A DNA stretch of 64,000 nt from the human T2T-CHM13v2.0 reference genome, Homo sapiens (GCF_009914755.1 NC_060931.1), one strand, 5' to 3'; numbered from the stretch's first letter, positions 39,741-56,030 are shown. Numbers and translations are program-made. The notes: generated by a model from the letters alone, not told the origin.

Positions 39741-40434
39741 ATTGTCCTCAACAATCTGTAGCTTATATTATTGACTTGATTCTGTTCATTTTCAATGTAT
39801 TGCAAATTGGTGATTAATTTGCCTTATAGGGTCATATAAGACTCCACAGTTTATCCATTCACTGATCTATACTATAGAATAGCGCTGTTGGATGCTCACT
39901 TAAGGACAGCAAAGGAGATTTGTGGCTTGAGACTGAAACTTTATTTTTTTCTGGTCTGCTAAAATTAAGTATGAAAATAAACTGTGTTGGAGGAGTGAGT
40001 AGTCAGGAGGGGTATTCATAGGAGGAGAAGCAAAGGAGAGGAGCACTGAGGCTAGGAATTGTGGAGAATAAGGTCTCCAGAAGGGAATCTTAGTGCTGGC
40101 TCCATCACCAACTCAGTGCTGTGCTTGGTGCTGAAAAAGACTCGGTCCAGTCTGGAACTGACACCTGGATAACATTCTCATGCTCTCTCATTTCACAGAT
40201 AAGGAAAGTAAGACCCAGAGTATTTGAGAAACATACCTAAGGCCACATATGCCCAGTAAGTAGATGATCTCCAGGGACTCCTACAACTGTAAATTTATTA
40301 TCTACTTGAATATCATTTGCTATTAAAATAGTGGCAATCACAACACTGGAAAAGCCTCCAGTTCCTAGAATAGATGTCAAACTCAAAATGATACTTTAAA
40401 TATATGAGTATCTGTGATGGACATAGCTTTGTTG

Positions 40435-41060
<626 letters not shown>

Positions 41061-43824
41061 TAATTACATATAAAAGAAATCATTTCCTTAGTAAATGAAA
41101 ATGTTTGCCATACTTAAGAGAATGATTCAAAGGTTGTCTTCCTGGGCCCACATCTCCAAGATTTGCCAAAGCATATAGGCGTTGACAGCTTTACAGGAAG
41201 AACTTCCAGAGCTTCATTTAGTGTTCACATGTCAGTAACTAGCTCCCTGCTCCCCCCTCGCTGTGTCAACCTTGGGGCAGAAGAATTTAAATATACTTGT
41301 TTTGCCATGTGTGTTCCAAGATGGCTTTAAGACCTGAAACGTGGGTTTAACCCCAGAAATTCCCCCAAAGAACTAGGAGTAGACTAGGGAGGGGGAACTT
41401 GCAGAAAGGTAAAGAGTTGTAAAAAAGCAAGTGAAGATACAAAAACCATATTCACTTTAAAAATTAGTTACTTTTAAAAATAACCTGCATAAGAGCCACA
41501 AAAGGTAGGTACCTCTAAGAAGAGCTGGTTCAGGAGAGGAACTTTTCCTTCTCCTCAAACTTTTCCTTCTCCCTCTTGCTTGGAGTCAAATCTCTTGACT
41601 AAGTTTCTGCCAGCAATCTGCCCCTCAAGGTATCTGCATCCCTCAGAATATTTTGTGCCACTAATTGGTCCAATGATATAAGTGGGAGTACATAGCCCAT
41701 CTCTTGACCCAGGTTTTGATGGCATCTGAAGAGTGACTTACTGACCACTACCTTGGAAGACAATCCATCTCTTATAATGATGAGAATATATTTCAAGAGA
41801 CCATCTCCATCCCAGGAACATCCTTGAGCAAAAAGAGTAGTTTACGGGTGCAGTCATGTTCTCTTTCTCGAATTTATTCCCTTCTCTCTGTCCCCACTGC
41901 CACCATCCTGGGCTACCCTGCAGATGTCATAGCTCTTGAGGCTCCAGCACTGACCTCCTTCCCATCCTTCCTTATCCATGCTCCCCTGAATCCCCTCCAA
42001 TCCCGTCTACAGACTAAGTCAACCTTCCTGAAACTTTGGTGAAACATGTTGGTTTCATGATGTGGCATATTGGTGGCATGATGTGGCATGAGGTGGTATG
42101 ATGGAGCATAGTGTGGAATGGAAGAGCGTGAACCAAGAGTCAGAAGACAGAGTTTAAGCAAGTCCTGACTCTGCCTCAAAGTCTATGCTCCGTCAATCTG
42201 TTGCTGTCACTGATTGCTAGTTTCTGCTTCTGAAAAATGAGCCCATTTACAGATCTTCTGAAAAACCCCTTCTTTCTCCAACATTGTAATATTTATCCAA
42301 GGCTACATTGGTTATCATCCTTGCAACTTGGGTTCAAAAAGTGGCAGAAACTCTTCAGATTCCAGGAACACCAATGTGAAATCCTTATTAAATTGTTTCT
42401 GATCATGTGAAAGGTGAAATCAGCCATTCTTGGCAATTCATGTGCATATAGAAGTGTCTGATGTTCATATTATAACAGAATTATGTAGTTCTTTAAGCTC
42501 TCTTGATGCTCACGTTATAACTGAATTATGTAGTTGTTTGAGATTTTCCCTTGTGGGGAAGATTGATTAAACATGAAAGATGCTAGAGGTGGATCAAGAA
42601 TGACCTTGCAATAGTCCAAGGTCTAGTGGAAAAGAGGAGGACAAGCAGATGGATCCTCAAAGTCAAAATGGTAAGATAAGTCATTGATGGGACCTAGAAG
42701 TGAAGAGAGGAGCCAGGCCTGAATGACTCAGGAATCGGGTAGGAGGGCTTTGGGGGAAAGAAATTGAGTCCGTTTTGAACAAGCTGAGTTTTAGGTGCTG
42801 CGCATCATTCTCGTGGAAATACACAACAGACCTTTGGGATTTGTCTGGAGGTTAGGCCCAAGTTGGAGCTAGAACCACAGATTTTGGCATAGAATCATAT
42901 GCATTAAAATCTCTTCTGGTGGAAAGATATTTTACTATATTACTCTTCCTCCAGCAATCAATCCGCTGTAAATCAATAGTGCTTTACAGTCACTATTACA
43001 TTTTGAAAGTCCATGTACTCAGCTAGCCACTTCCCCTTCTGTCTTCAAACCACCTCCCCTGCTCTTCACCCTGCACCCACCTGCCTGCAGAATCATTTCA
43101 CCTCCCTTCCTCAAGCTCCAATCCTCCTAACTCAAATGTTAAGGGACAGGCACAAATTATTTCTTTTTCCTGTTTTGCATGACTCATTACTAAATGCCCT
43201 TTAGGTAAAATTCCACCCAGTTTTGTGATCCTGCAGTAGAGCCAGACAGTCTACAAGCTCCGCTATTTTCCACGATGATTACTATCGTTCTCCTTTTTTC
43301 TTTTAAAAAAAAATTTTAAACACAAATCCAGGGCTGGTTTCTCCTCATCGTTTTCCCATCCTGCCTTGCCCTCCTATCACCAACACCAACTCCCCTGGTT
43401 TTCAGAGAGAACTGTTCGCTTGGGCCAGAGTGTGAGAGGATATTCCTTCTCAAAATGAAAGCCCTCGTCATTTTGAGGTAAAATGCCTTTCTAGACAGAG
43501 CTGTATGACTTTCTGAAAGAGGGCATTTATAGAACCTCAAATAGATGAATCGTTTTCTTTCAAGCAGGGAAATGTATTTTACTCTTCTTGCTTCAACTGG
43601 GATTGAGCCCATTCATTTCATTTTTTATGCTCTCCTGTTTTATTTAGAAATGATCTATTCATCCCAACCCAATTGAAGAAATATAGATAACTCAGGAAAA
43701 AATTGCCATATTATTCACATGAGAAATATAGATGCTCCCACTGAATATTTTCATGGCTCCATTTAATTTGAGCTGTATAAACCTGGCCTAAAAAATCCGC
43801 TTTTATTTGTTATACTCTAAGAAG

Positions 43825-44020
43825 GCAGTGTCATCCCTGGAGTGAGTGAGACCCAGATTCTAATTGCAGCTACTCCCAGGCCTCTTGGACAAGGCATTTA
43901 ACCTCAGTTTTTTCACCTGAGAATGGGAATAATAGAATCTATTTTTCAATGTGTTGTGGGATTAAGTGCAGTAATTTGTGTTGGGTATCTGGCACATACT
44001 GTGTTACATGGTAAATATTA
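43825..44020 (+). mobile_element. MIR
   Basis: ttggacaaggcatttaacctcagttttttcacctgagaatgggaataatag...gttgtgggattaagtg. Confidence 0.7.
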
Positions 44021-44664
44021 TTACATGTATAAAAATCATCCTTTGCAGGAATCTTTTTGCATCTCCAATAATGTTGATGTAGGCCACTCTGCTAGCCTAG
44101 CAGAAGGATGCTCTGAAAACTCCTTATTTTCAGATTAGCACTGCTTCTATTACAAATTACAGGAGGTTTTTAAACTGTAACAAAATAAGGACAACATCAG
44201 TGTGAGAATACTATATTCTAGCAAAAAAAGTCACCTCATTATAAATTGAAATGTCTTTTACCTATTTTGTATTATTATATTAGCACATATCCATTTCTAT
44301 GATAAATATCTGTACGGAGGCAAAGTATGAAAAGCTGCCGAAGTGCTGCTCCTGCCTTTTGGCTCCTAGAAGTCTTCCCTTCTTGGTTCTCTTCACAGTG
44401 ATATTTAGTAATGACTTCGCTGAGACAAGTTTCCCGACAGATCCCCAAGTCCTGCTTCCTCGTGTCGTGTGCACCAGAAATTCTACTCGTGCTCACCCAC
44501 TAGTTTCTCCAGTGGGCCCAGGTAGAAGCACTGTGTGGCATTCAGGAGACAGGTGGACTCAAAGTCCTTAGATTATCTCATCCCCTAAAAAAGGAGAAAA
44601 CTGTGGGGCAGCCCACAGCATGGAGTGACAGGAAAATTGTGATCAAACATCCAGCCTTCTCAGC

Positions 44665-45155
44665 CTTTTTTGTTTTTTGTTTTTGTTTTTGAGACAGAGT
44701 CTCACTCACTCTGTCCCCCAGGCTGCAGTGCAGTGGTGCGATCTTAGCCCACTACAACCTCTGCCCCGCCCCGGGTTCCAGTGATTCTCCTGCCTCAGCC
44801 ACCTGAGTAGCTGGGATTACAGGTGTGAGCCATCATGCCCAGCTAATTTTTGTTTCTGTTTTTGTTTTTCGAGATGGAGTCTCACTCTGTTGCCCCAGCT
44901 GGAGCGCAGTAGCACGATCTTGGCTCACTGCAACCTCTGCCTCCCGGGTTCAAGCTATTCTTGTGCTTCAGCTTCTTGAGTAGCTGGGACTACAGGCACG
45001 CGCCACCACACCCAGCTAATTTTTTGTATTTTTTTTAGTAGAGATGGGGTTTCACCACGTTGCCCAGGCTGGTGTCAAACACCTGACCTCAAATGATCTG
45101 CCCACCTCGGCCTCCCAAAGTGCTAGGATTGCAGGCATGAGCCTCCATGCCCAGC
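44665..45155 (-). mobile_element. Compound Alu: full AluS plus an extra right arm
   Basis: Right-arm sequence at 44665-44852 is followed directly by a complete antisense Alu at 44853-45155. Confidence 0.85.
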
Positions 45156-48100
45156 TTCATTTCTTTCCATTTTTAAAAACTTCTTTTTCCACCCCAGGCA
45201 CAAGGCATTTCACCTTGGGTCACATTTCACCAACCCATCCAAAGCAACTTTCAAGAGAACCCCAATGAAGTCTTTTGCTATGAGTTGCAAAAGACTGATT
45301 TGTACATATAGGTGTTTCTCAACCTAAGGATATTTGCATGATTGCAGGGGACAATGCCCATGTTCCAATTTAAGCAGAAAAATGACCTAATTATGAAATG
45401 GATTCCTATAATCAGTTGATTAGATTCCTGGTTTCCACTTACTGACCCAGTTTCTGTCTGTAGTAAAGTTATACAAGCTCTTCTGGAACCTATTTATATC
45501 TTTAACAAATCCCTTGAGCTAATAGCTATGTAATTTCATGACAAAGTGTAAGAAAAAACATTTTTTTCACCCACAACTAGGGTAACAACTCCCCTGTTAG
45601 AAATTCCTCTGTCCAGCAACTTAGCTCTTTGTAGCAGTTGAGAATCAACACACAAGCAAATAATAATAATAATAATAATAATATAAAAATGGTTCAATCT
45701 TTGTCAAAATGTCATGTACATTATTTAAAGGAGAGAAATCACTTAAGTTCTGACCCAGATCCAACCAGATTGGTTATCTGGCTGCAAAAGCATGGAAGAT
45801 TATAATTAACAAGTAACAAGAGAAAAAGGTGCTTTTCGAAGCAGACCCAAGGACACCTGAGACCCTGCCTATCAGAATGGGAAGATACAGAACAGAAACA
45901 TACAACAGAGAGACAGAACAGAGGTTCAGAGAGACAGAACCTCTAGGCCTGGGAGCTTGAAGCAAAGGGTGGAGGTCATCCAATAGAAAGAGAGCACCAG
46001 CACAGAGACTCAGACCTGGGCCAGCAGGATGGGGGAAGACCTAGAGGAACCGAGGCAGGCGAGTGGACCAGGGTGAGGCAGGCAACTGGAATAGACCCCA
46101 CCCCAGCCACGGATCTCAGGGAAAAGAGACAGAGTGCTGGACCCAGGAATTCATGTGGTGGGCCCACTGGCCCTGGTATGCAGGATGAGGCAAGCCTTTA
46201 GGATAGAGCTGGCTGTCTTGGGAGGTTGGAAGATTAAAGGTTGGAGGAGGCTGTCAGACTGGAAGGAATTGTAGCTTGCAGGTTTTCAGGGAAAGAACTC
46301 AAGCAAGAGCAAATGTGATCATAACCCAGTTTGAAGAGGCTGGTTGCCACCTAGAGCCTTAGAATAGGGCACTAAGTCAGAAAAGCTTGAATGTACTGTT
46401 TATCTGACGGGCAAAGCTCCTCAGGTGGAGATCCTCAAACACCCCAGAAACAGGACTGGGGGCAGAGAGCCAGGCAGGTCACACTATGACTAATTGATCT
46501 TCATAATAATACCCTGGAGTCATCAAGAAAATGAGGAATTTCATTAAGTATAGGAAGGCACAAAAAATTATTGGTGTGGAAAGGTAATGAATAATATATC
46601 ATGTAGTTTTTAAAAAGTGAATTTAAAAATTACCTTTCCGCAAAAAGTACTTATACTGTGCTCCTATTGTTATTAATATGCGCATTGCCAAGGAGAACTG
46701 CAAGAGGACAGGTACCAAAATATTAGCATTGTAATCTCTGGGATTGATGTGGTTTTAATTTAAGTTTTATTTGCTTGTCTTTACAATTTTCTACAACAAA
46801 TTTGTACTTTGTGTGTAACAAACGTAATACATGTTAAAAGAAGGAAATGTAGTTGGCAATGCATTTTGTAATATTTCCATGCACAAGATTAAAATTGTTT
46901 TTAAAGCCTCTCAGCCATTCAAAAATCCTGGTGATCTGATGTGATTCATGCCTCTAGGAACCCCAAACAGCTATTTTTTTTGTCTATGACATAAGAACCT
47001 CAGTCTGAATCACCACTAACAGAAACTTTCTATGTTCCTATTTTCTGCAATATTTTAGTTTATTCTTATAAGGAAAATGTTAAATTTCCTTTATTCAGGA
47101 GATCTAAGACCCCCAATTAGATCAATCCAGTGGTGTAAACTCTTCAGCATGAAGAGCTACATCTTTGACCTCTTTTGTCTCCACCAACAGAGTATTAAAA
47201 TCAGCACTGAGTTCATATCACTCAGAGATGCTTAACCATTGACCAAAACCCAAAAAGACTGCATGAAGGTGTCCACAATCACACAACAAACCAGTCATGT
47301 GATGCAGTGCTAGAGTGCTCGGGGTGTGCTTAGAGTGCTCGAACCAGACCTCTGAAGATGAATTACCATTTCTCTCTGTGAAAGCTACAGCCATTACCAA
47401 ACCTACTGAGAAAGTACATCTTTTCCAAAGTCAGGAGTTTCTACACCTATAAGATCTGGGCAGCTTCTCTGAGCTTCTGTTTTTTCATCTCTCAATTGCC
47501 TATCTCTCAGCATTGCTGTTACATTAGATCTCATGGAAATGCTTCTTTAATTCTGCAAGGGCAGAATGATTTAACTGTATCATCTTCTCCCCAGAACGTT
47601 TAATTTGAATGTGATAAATGGCAACCCAGATAGGGGTCTCAAAATATGTGGTAAACAAATCATTGAAATGTAAGGAACTCAAAGATATTTGATCCTGAAG
47701 CTGATTCAATAATCCAAAGCACTGCCCAGTTAGAGGTCAAGGAGGGGAGGATAAATCCAAACCAGCCCCAGTGGTTCTCATTTGTTCCACTAAAGTCTGG
47801 AGAAAGGAATTTTATTGGTCGTGGCTCATAAAATAATAGATACTCTGTCCTGAGAAATACTTGCAATTGGTTTGGATCAAATGCTCCTGGGCATGGACCA
47901 GACAACATGGCTGGGCTGTTTCCTTTTTGTAATAGCGGTGACAGATGACCGTTAAAAACTATATAAAGTTTTTAAAAGTTTTAACAAAATGCACTGCAAC
48001 TCAAAGCACGCTCTTATCAATGATCATGTCTGAAGACTATAGAAATGTAGGGCAACAAATGAGTTAAGAACTAAAGAGTTAGTTGGAATCTGCAGTTCTT

Positions 48101-48199
48101 TTGTGTTTCTTTTTAACCAAAGTAAACAAATTTGCCACATGTATTTGCTATAAATTAAAATAATGAATATGCAAAAAATGACAAAAAAAAGCCCTGCTT

Positions 48200-48450
48200 G
48201 TTTCTGCCTCAGGGCCTTTGCACTTGCTGCTCCCTCTCAGCACTGTTCTGCACCCAGATATTTCCATGGCTGGCTTCCTCTCATTTCTAAACTCTCACCT
48301 TCTCAGAGAGATCTCTCCTGACCACACAATTGAAAGTATCTTTTCTCTCTTCCGCAGTTAGTCCTTTTCTTTCTAGCACTTCCCACTACCTAATATTGCC
48401 TTGTCTGTGGTTTATCCATTTGCTATTTGTCTCTCCCGCAGCTCCTCATA
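48200..48450 (+). mobile_element. L2 fragment
   Basis: tctgcctcagggcctttgcacttgctgctccctct...caccttctcagagagatctctcctgaccac. Confidence 0.7.
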
Positions 48451-49274
48451 CACACAGAATGGAAGCAAAATTATTGAGTTAAGTTGATTCAGAACACATT
48501 TGGAAGCTTTGTGTCCTCTAAATAAATCCTCATAAGTAGAGGGATAAATTTTGATCAAATAATAATATCCAAATGTTTTTGAAGCCAGGATTTAGAAAAT
48601 GTTGTTTTTTGTATATATGTGATTTATAACCTGCCTGCACCCAAAAGGGATCTGAGAGAACTTATAATCAAAAACATATAATACTCATAAGCAGAGCCAG
48701 TAATACAAACACCAAAATCCATGCAGAGTGACAAGAAAATAAGATACCAAATAGCTAGGCTTATATCATTTCTATAATTGCTAATTAAATTTAACCCTGA
48801 GCTTCCTGAGGGTTAAGTTAGAAAATGAGACACAGTAAGTTCTGCAAATCTCAAATCTTTGCAATGGAAAGAGTATCTGTGTGTCACGAATGACTGCTTT
48901 TTCCCTCTTGTGTTTTTATTCATTCAACAAACACCCATTGCTTGCCTAACAAGGCATTGCGTTCAGCACCAGGGGCAGAGGGAGGAAGTAAAGATGAATA
49001 AGACATGGTCTCTGCTCCTGAGTTGCACACGGTCCTGGGAAACCATCACCAGTGAGAGAGAAGTATGCTAGTCAGAGGCTTGGAGGTGTGAAAGAACATG
49101 TTGGGTTCTAGGAGCTGCCAAGTTGCTCAGAGCGGTCAGAGCATTAAGAACCCAATAATCACCCTTGTGCGACCTGCTGTGTGCCTGAGCATTGAACTTC
49201 ATACCGATGTCCCAAGGTAAATGCTTTTTATCACTCCCCATTGAGACTGGAGGAACTTGAGGCTTAGAGAGGCT

Positions 49275-49967
<693 letters not shown>

Positions 49968-50846
49968 CTATCTAGGTGACAGGGTGGCAGAGCCTCCTTT
50001 AGAACCCAGACAATATGACTCCAGAGCTCCACCGTTCTATTATAGCTCCCTCACACTTGGTGCAGAGTGCAGATGAGGTTAGAATTGTACATTTGGGGCA
50101 GTCACAGTGAGATGAGAGATGAGTTGCTCCTCTGAGGACAAGGGAGAACCAGCAAAGATTTTTAACAGGAGGGTGATCTCAGCAAATGTTTCAGGATGGC
50201 TGCTCTGGCAACAGCACAGGGACTGGACTATGATGGGAAAGGTCACCTTATCTCTATAATATTAGGCCATGTTGAGCTAGAGTCCCACTTTATTTTATTT
50301 ATAATTCCTTCTTTAATTTTCTGAAAATAATGCAAAAAAAGAGCAAGAAGAAGTTGGATCAAATAGCAGTGGCATACAATTATTAGCACACTTATCCTGT
50401 GTATAAATCCCTAGATAGGTGGTTGCCTTCCAGTCTGTCTTCAACGCACACACAAAAACATCTTTAAATACACAGCCGGCAAGCCAGTTAGGAGATGATG
50501 GTAATAGTCAATGTCGTGCTCCCCTCTGCAGCGCCCCCTTGCATTGGGCTCATGACATCAACCCTGAAAGTGGGGCAGAAACAGTCTAAGCTGGAACAGC
50601 AACTGCTCAGAGAAGTTGTATCTCAGCTGGAAACACTAGCTGCCCAGGGCCATTGCAGCAGGGGACCCTGTGGTAGGTTGAACTGCCATGCAGCACCCCG
50701 TGCTGGGGGACAGGAAGACAGTGGACCCAACCCGCTCATCCCCAGGAACCCAGGGTCACCCACTGGATGGTTCTGCTTGTCTCTCCACAGTGGTTGTCTC
50801 CATGACAAGACACACACAATCCTTATTTTATATTCCATCGTGCCAT

Positions 50847-51013
50847 CTTTGAAATAGACACATATGGACACGCATGAACACACATGGCCCTGTTCCAAAT
50901 CCCCACCTACCAGTACTAAGAACCATTTCATAGTTTTCCCCTCCTAAGAGTTTTTTGTCTAATACGTGTGCATCCTTTACATTGCAGTCCCTGCCATTCA
51001 GACTTCTTCTTTT
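50847..51013 (+). repeat. Copy 1 of a ~165-bp dispersed direct duplication
   Basis: Aligns by eye with 53473-53640. Confidence 0.85.
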
Positions 51014-51683
51014 ACAGACCACAATGGCAGAACCCAGGAAAACCTGACATTTGTTTCACAGTTTACGTAGCTGATTGAATGTACTCTCTACAGTTCCATT
51101 ACGTCTCTAACAAATACACTAGTTTTTCCCTTTAGAGAATAGGGGATTATATTGGAATGTCAGGATCAAGTTAGTACGTCAGGTGCGCATTCCATCCACA
51201 TGAACCTCCACAATTCGGTGGCTCCTGGCTCCACACAGCAGAACTGATATAATCATCCACATACAGTTATTCAGCTTTGTCCATTTGGATACAGGACAAT
51301 TTCTGCCAAAAGCAGTTGTTTTCATTTGCTACAGATGCTCTCGAGCTGCTGTCTTGATAGTCATGGAACATTATGCTTTAATCAATCATTGATGGAGTCC
51401 ATTGGCTGTCAGGACTGAGCCTCAGGTAAAGTCACAGAATGAATCTAAGATCCAGCCATGGCCTCGAAAAGTGCACATCTAACATGTTCATGTGATTCCT
51501 GAGGCCGCTCCTAGTTCATGGAGGGAAAGCCAGACCTCCTGCCTCGAGCAGTCATCCAATCCATCAACAAGGCCACTTCATATCCTTTAATTGTAAAATA
51601 AAAATAAAGGGACACCAGCATCAGTTATTTCTAGGAAATTATAAATCCTCAGGTTATGACCTTTCAAAGAAGGAGCAGAGTAA

Positions 51684-52289
<606 letters not shown>

Positions 52290-53472
52290 TGAACTTCCTG
52301 GGCTTAGTCTTCTGAGAAAAACAAAAATCAAAAAGAGAGAGAAAAGTCTTTATTTTGCTGTCAAGTGCGTCTATCTATTCTGGTAAATTAACGGCTAGTA
52401 CATAAACTCTATTTCATATTTGAAACCATTTCTACTTGAGATAACCTATTTTTTAATGTATTGCATGATTACTATTCGAATACTAGGTGACAAAGTTCAT
52501 GAGAAAGAAACACATTAAAAATGTTTAGAAAAATATAGGATTGTTTCAAAAAGTTTTTCAAATGGAATGCAATTTTTTCTACATTTCTTGGGCTTATTTA
52601 CCATAATTTTATTGTTTTATTTTGATATCTGTACACTTCAGTTTACTGGCTCCTCCTCAAGAAGATGTTTGTCACAGAGAAATATATCTGTATTGGTCAT
52701 AGTGTTACTAGCAATGGCCATAAGAAACACAAGTAGTGTCATTCATTTTCAGAAATATACAGCAAGCCCCCGTGCCATTTTACTTTTCTAAACACATCAG
52801 TGAAAATTTAGGGGAAAGAGTGTAGCAACATGACTATATCATGTCTTGAATAAATGTATTTCCAAGAACAATAGTTCTACATGTTTTAGTTTTATTCTGA
52901 CATGCTTCAAAACAATCTTGTCACTGATGAATTCTAAAATATCAAAATGATTTATTTTAGAGCCAGGCTTTTAACTGTAATATTTTATTATAATTTATAA
53001 TGACTATACTTTGGTTATATCCAAAGTTTCTCAGAAACTGGATATAAACTTCTTCAGTTCTGAAAAACTTTGGATATAACCAGACCAACAGTTGTGAGTA
53101 ACTTGCCTTGATTGCAGTTGTGAAGGATAGCAATTGATCTGTAGGTGCAAATCAATCTCTCCACCAATATTTCTAAGGTTAAAAAAGAAGCTGTGGTTAC
53201 AGAAGCTAAGGAAAATAGAGGACCAAATGTAAATTTGCTCCTTCATACAAAAATATTTTTTCCTAACTGTAATATCCAATACATATAAAAATTTGTGTTT
53301 CTTGGTTTTATTTAATGTTGAGGTTTCAAAAACAAAATGAGATTCTTAGTGGCCATTTTTCCCCTGTGTTTAACAATTATATTAAGGCACAAATGAATAG
53401 AAAATAATGAAAAGTATTACTCCCAAGCCAGAATTGGGCAAGTCAGCCACAGATCCAGTTCAAACCCTATGA

Positions 53473-53640
53473 CTTTTAAAATAGACACATATGGCCACAA
53501 ATGAACACAGATGGCCCTACTCCAAATCCCCACCTACTGCTGAGAACCACTTTATAGTTTTTCCCTCTTAAGAGTTTTTTGTTTAATACATGTGCTTCCT
53601 TTCCATTGCATTCCATTCCATTCAGACCTCTTCTTTTTTT
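53473..53640 (+). repeat. Copy 2 of a ~165-bp dispersed direct duplication
   Basis: Aligns by eye with 50847-51013. Confidence 0.85.
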
Positions 53641-53692
53641 GGAATGTAAAAGATGCTACATCAGGTAGGTAGTGATAGTGAGGACACCATCA

Positions 53693-54046
<354 letters not shown>

Positions 54047-54349
54047 TTAATGGTAAGGCAAGGCAGATGTGTTTGTGAATTCTTAAAGCTCATGCATCTC
54101 CATGATTCTTGTTAAATCAATAAATCTTAACCAATTTGCATGAACATTAACAAAAGCACCAAAAGGAATGTTTTCCAGACCTAGATGGTTTGAGAAGCAT
54201 CTAGGTTTGGAAGATAGAGTCCTTCCTTTAGCTGTAGTTGATGAGAAAAGCCAAGGTGGATTACAAATTTCTTCCATTAGTGCATTCGTTAAATCGGCGG
54301 ATAACAAAGTAATACATGACCCAGCTTTTCCCAGAGTGTATAACATAGA

Positions 54350-54643
54350 ATATAAGTTCTAAGGGATGTTAGTGGCGTTACATGAGAAGTGGGTACTATC
54401 ATCAAATAATGTTGGGCAACGCAGAGTTAAACAAGCTGAACAGGGTTTTCTTGTTTTTTGTTTTTTGGTTTTTTTTTTTACCTGTGGACAACTTTCAGAA
54501 CCATCAGTGTCCTGACATGCATTATAAATCACCAAGAGGTAGATGCTTCATGCAGTGTTCCCCAAACCTGTTTCATTCCCAAACCTTTCATTCCGAGCAA
54601 ACCCTGGGACTAGGGTCCCACAAAACACACCTTGAGGATTGCT
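54350..54643. mobile_element. hAT-Charlie MITE, MER113-like
   Basis: tcaaataatgttgggcaacgcagagttaaacaag...gcagtgttccccaaacctgtt...ggactagggtcccacaaaacacac. Confidence 0.45.
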
Positions 54644-55848
54644 GTAATTGTCAAGTATTCTACCAAAATATCATTGCTTGCTAACATGTATAGCCACTAG
54701 CTAAAAAATACATTATTCTTAAAACATTATGAACTTCCATTTTATTTTGGTAAATTCTTGAAAAATCACATTTTCTTCTTGTTACTTGATGGCTTTTTTT
54801 CTTGAAACCTCTGATGACTATCTTGGTCAATTTGTCCAAGTTCTTAAAGCCAAAATCTTAGAAAAGTAAACATGTTTATATGTTGTGGTTTTTACTTCAT
54901 TTTCTATTTCAATATTTTATTTTAATATTTCCTATATAATAATTATATGATCACCTCCTAAACTTGCTTATTTTCTTTTCCTCCTTTTTTTTACACTGAG
55001 CCATTTGCTTTATTTTTCCTTTAAGTATGGCAATTGAGAAGTATAGAGGCATAATGAATAATAAGATGTGCTCTCATTTTTGAAAATATAATGTACAAAA
55101 TAAGAACTCAGTAGTGTACATGTTATTCTGAAAAAAATCAAAGTATGAGTAAAACTTTCTACCATCCAGGCACAAGAATATATCCCCTCAAAACCTAAAT
55201 TATTCCCAAGTTTCATACCAAAGTTATCCTGATGAAAATCCCCAGCAGCTGTGTCTCTGTCAACAGAGATGGCAACCCTCTCTTGCAAAGCGACAACCAA
55301 CCCTTTCTCTTCCTCCCTTCTGCAGTACTGTCCTTCAGTACACAGGCAAAACTGCTATGCCAGTTCTAAGTCTTTGCTATAACCTTGAAAGCCTTTGTCT
55401 GGTCGACTTGCAGTTACTTATCTTTTAACATTAGGTAACTAGTTGTTATTTAAAATCTATTATAGATTTAAAGTTCCATTGTTTTCCCTAGGATAGAACA
55501 TTGTGATAGCTCTGATCATGTTGGAAAGGCCACTAGTCCCATTCCCAGCCCAGAGGTGTTCACGTGCCTCTTGTTGCTGCCTGTGGGCTGCTGGAAGCCA
55601 ACCTAGAAGTCAATGAACAGCCCAGTTGTTTTAGAAACTTGCTAAAGCCTTGACTCACTAAATATTTATTTTTAGCCATATGTTCCTACTTGCTGAAACA
55701 GACTTAGAAAATTCTATTTAGTTAATACATTTATTTAGTAATCCCTCTAGGAGCAGGACTCAAAAAATATAGCACTGTTCCAAATTTTATTCCATTTTAG
55801 CATATCGTAGACTTTTATCATTTGAAGAACCTTAAAAAATTATCTGAT

Positions 55849-56030
55849 TCAGGGCTTCTCAGACTTTAGCATGAATTAGCATCACCTAAAGAGTTATTAA
55901 AACCCAGATTGCTGCTCCAGCCCCCAGAGTTTCTGAGTCAGCAGGTCTAGGGTAGATGCTGAGAATTTGCATTTTTAACAGTTCACAGGTGAAGCTGATG
56001 TGATTCATTCCAGGACCACACTCAGTGCCA
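55849..56030. mobile_element. MER5A-like MITE
   Basis: cccccagagtttctgagtcagcaggtctagggtagatgctgagaatttgcatttttaacagttcacaggtgaagctgatg. Confidence 0.8.

Noticed and set aside
55415-55440. Possible recursive splice site (cttttaacattag|gtaact); a similar one at ~5335-5352
   Set aside because: The donor halves deviate from the AG|GTAAG-type consensus, and such matches are expected by chance in 60 kb.
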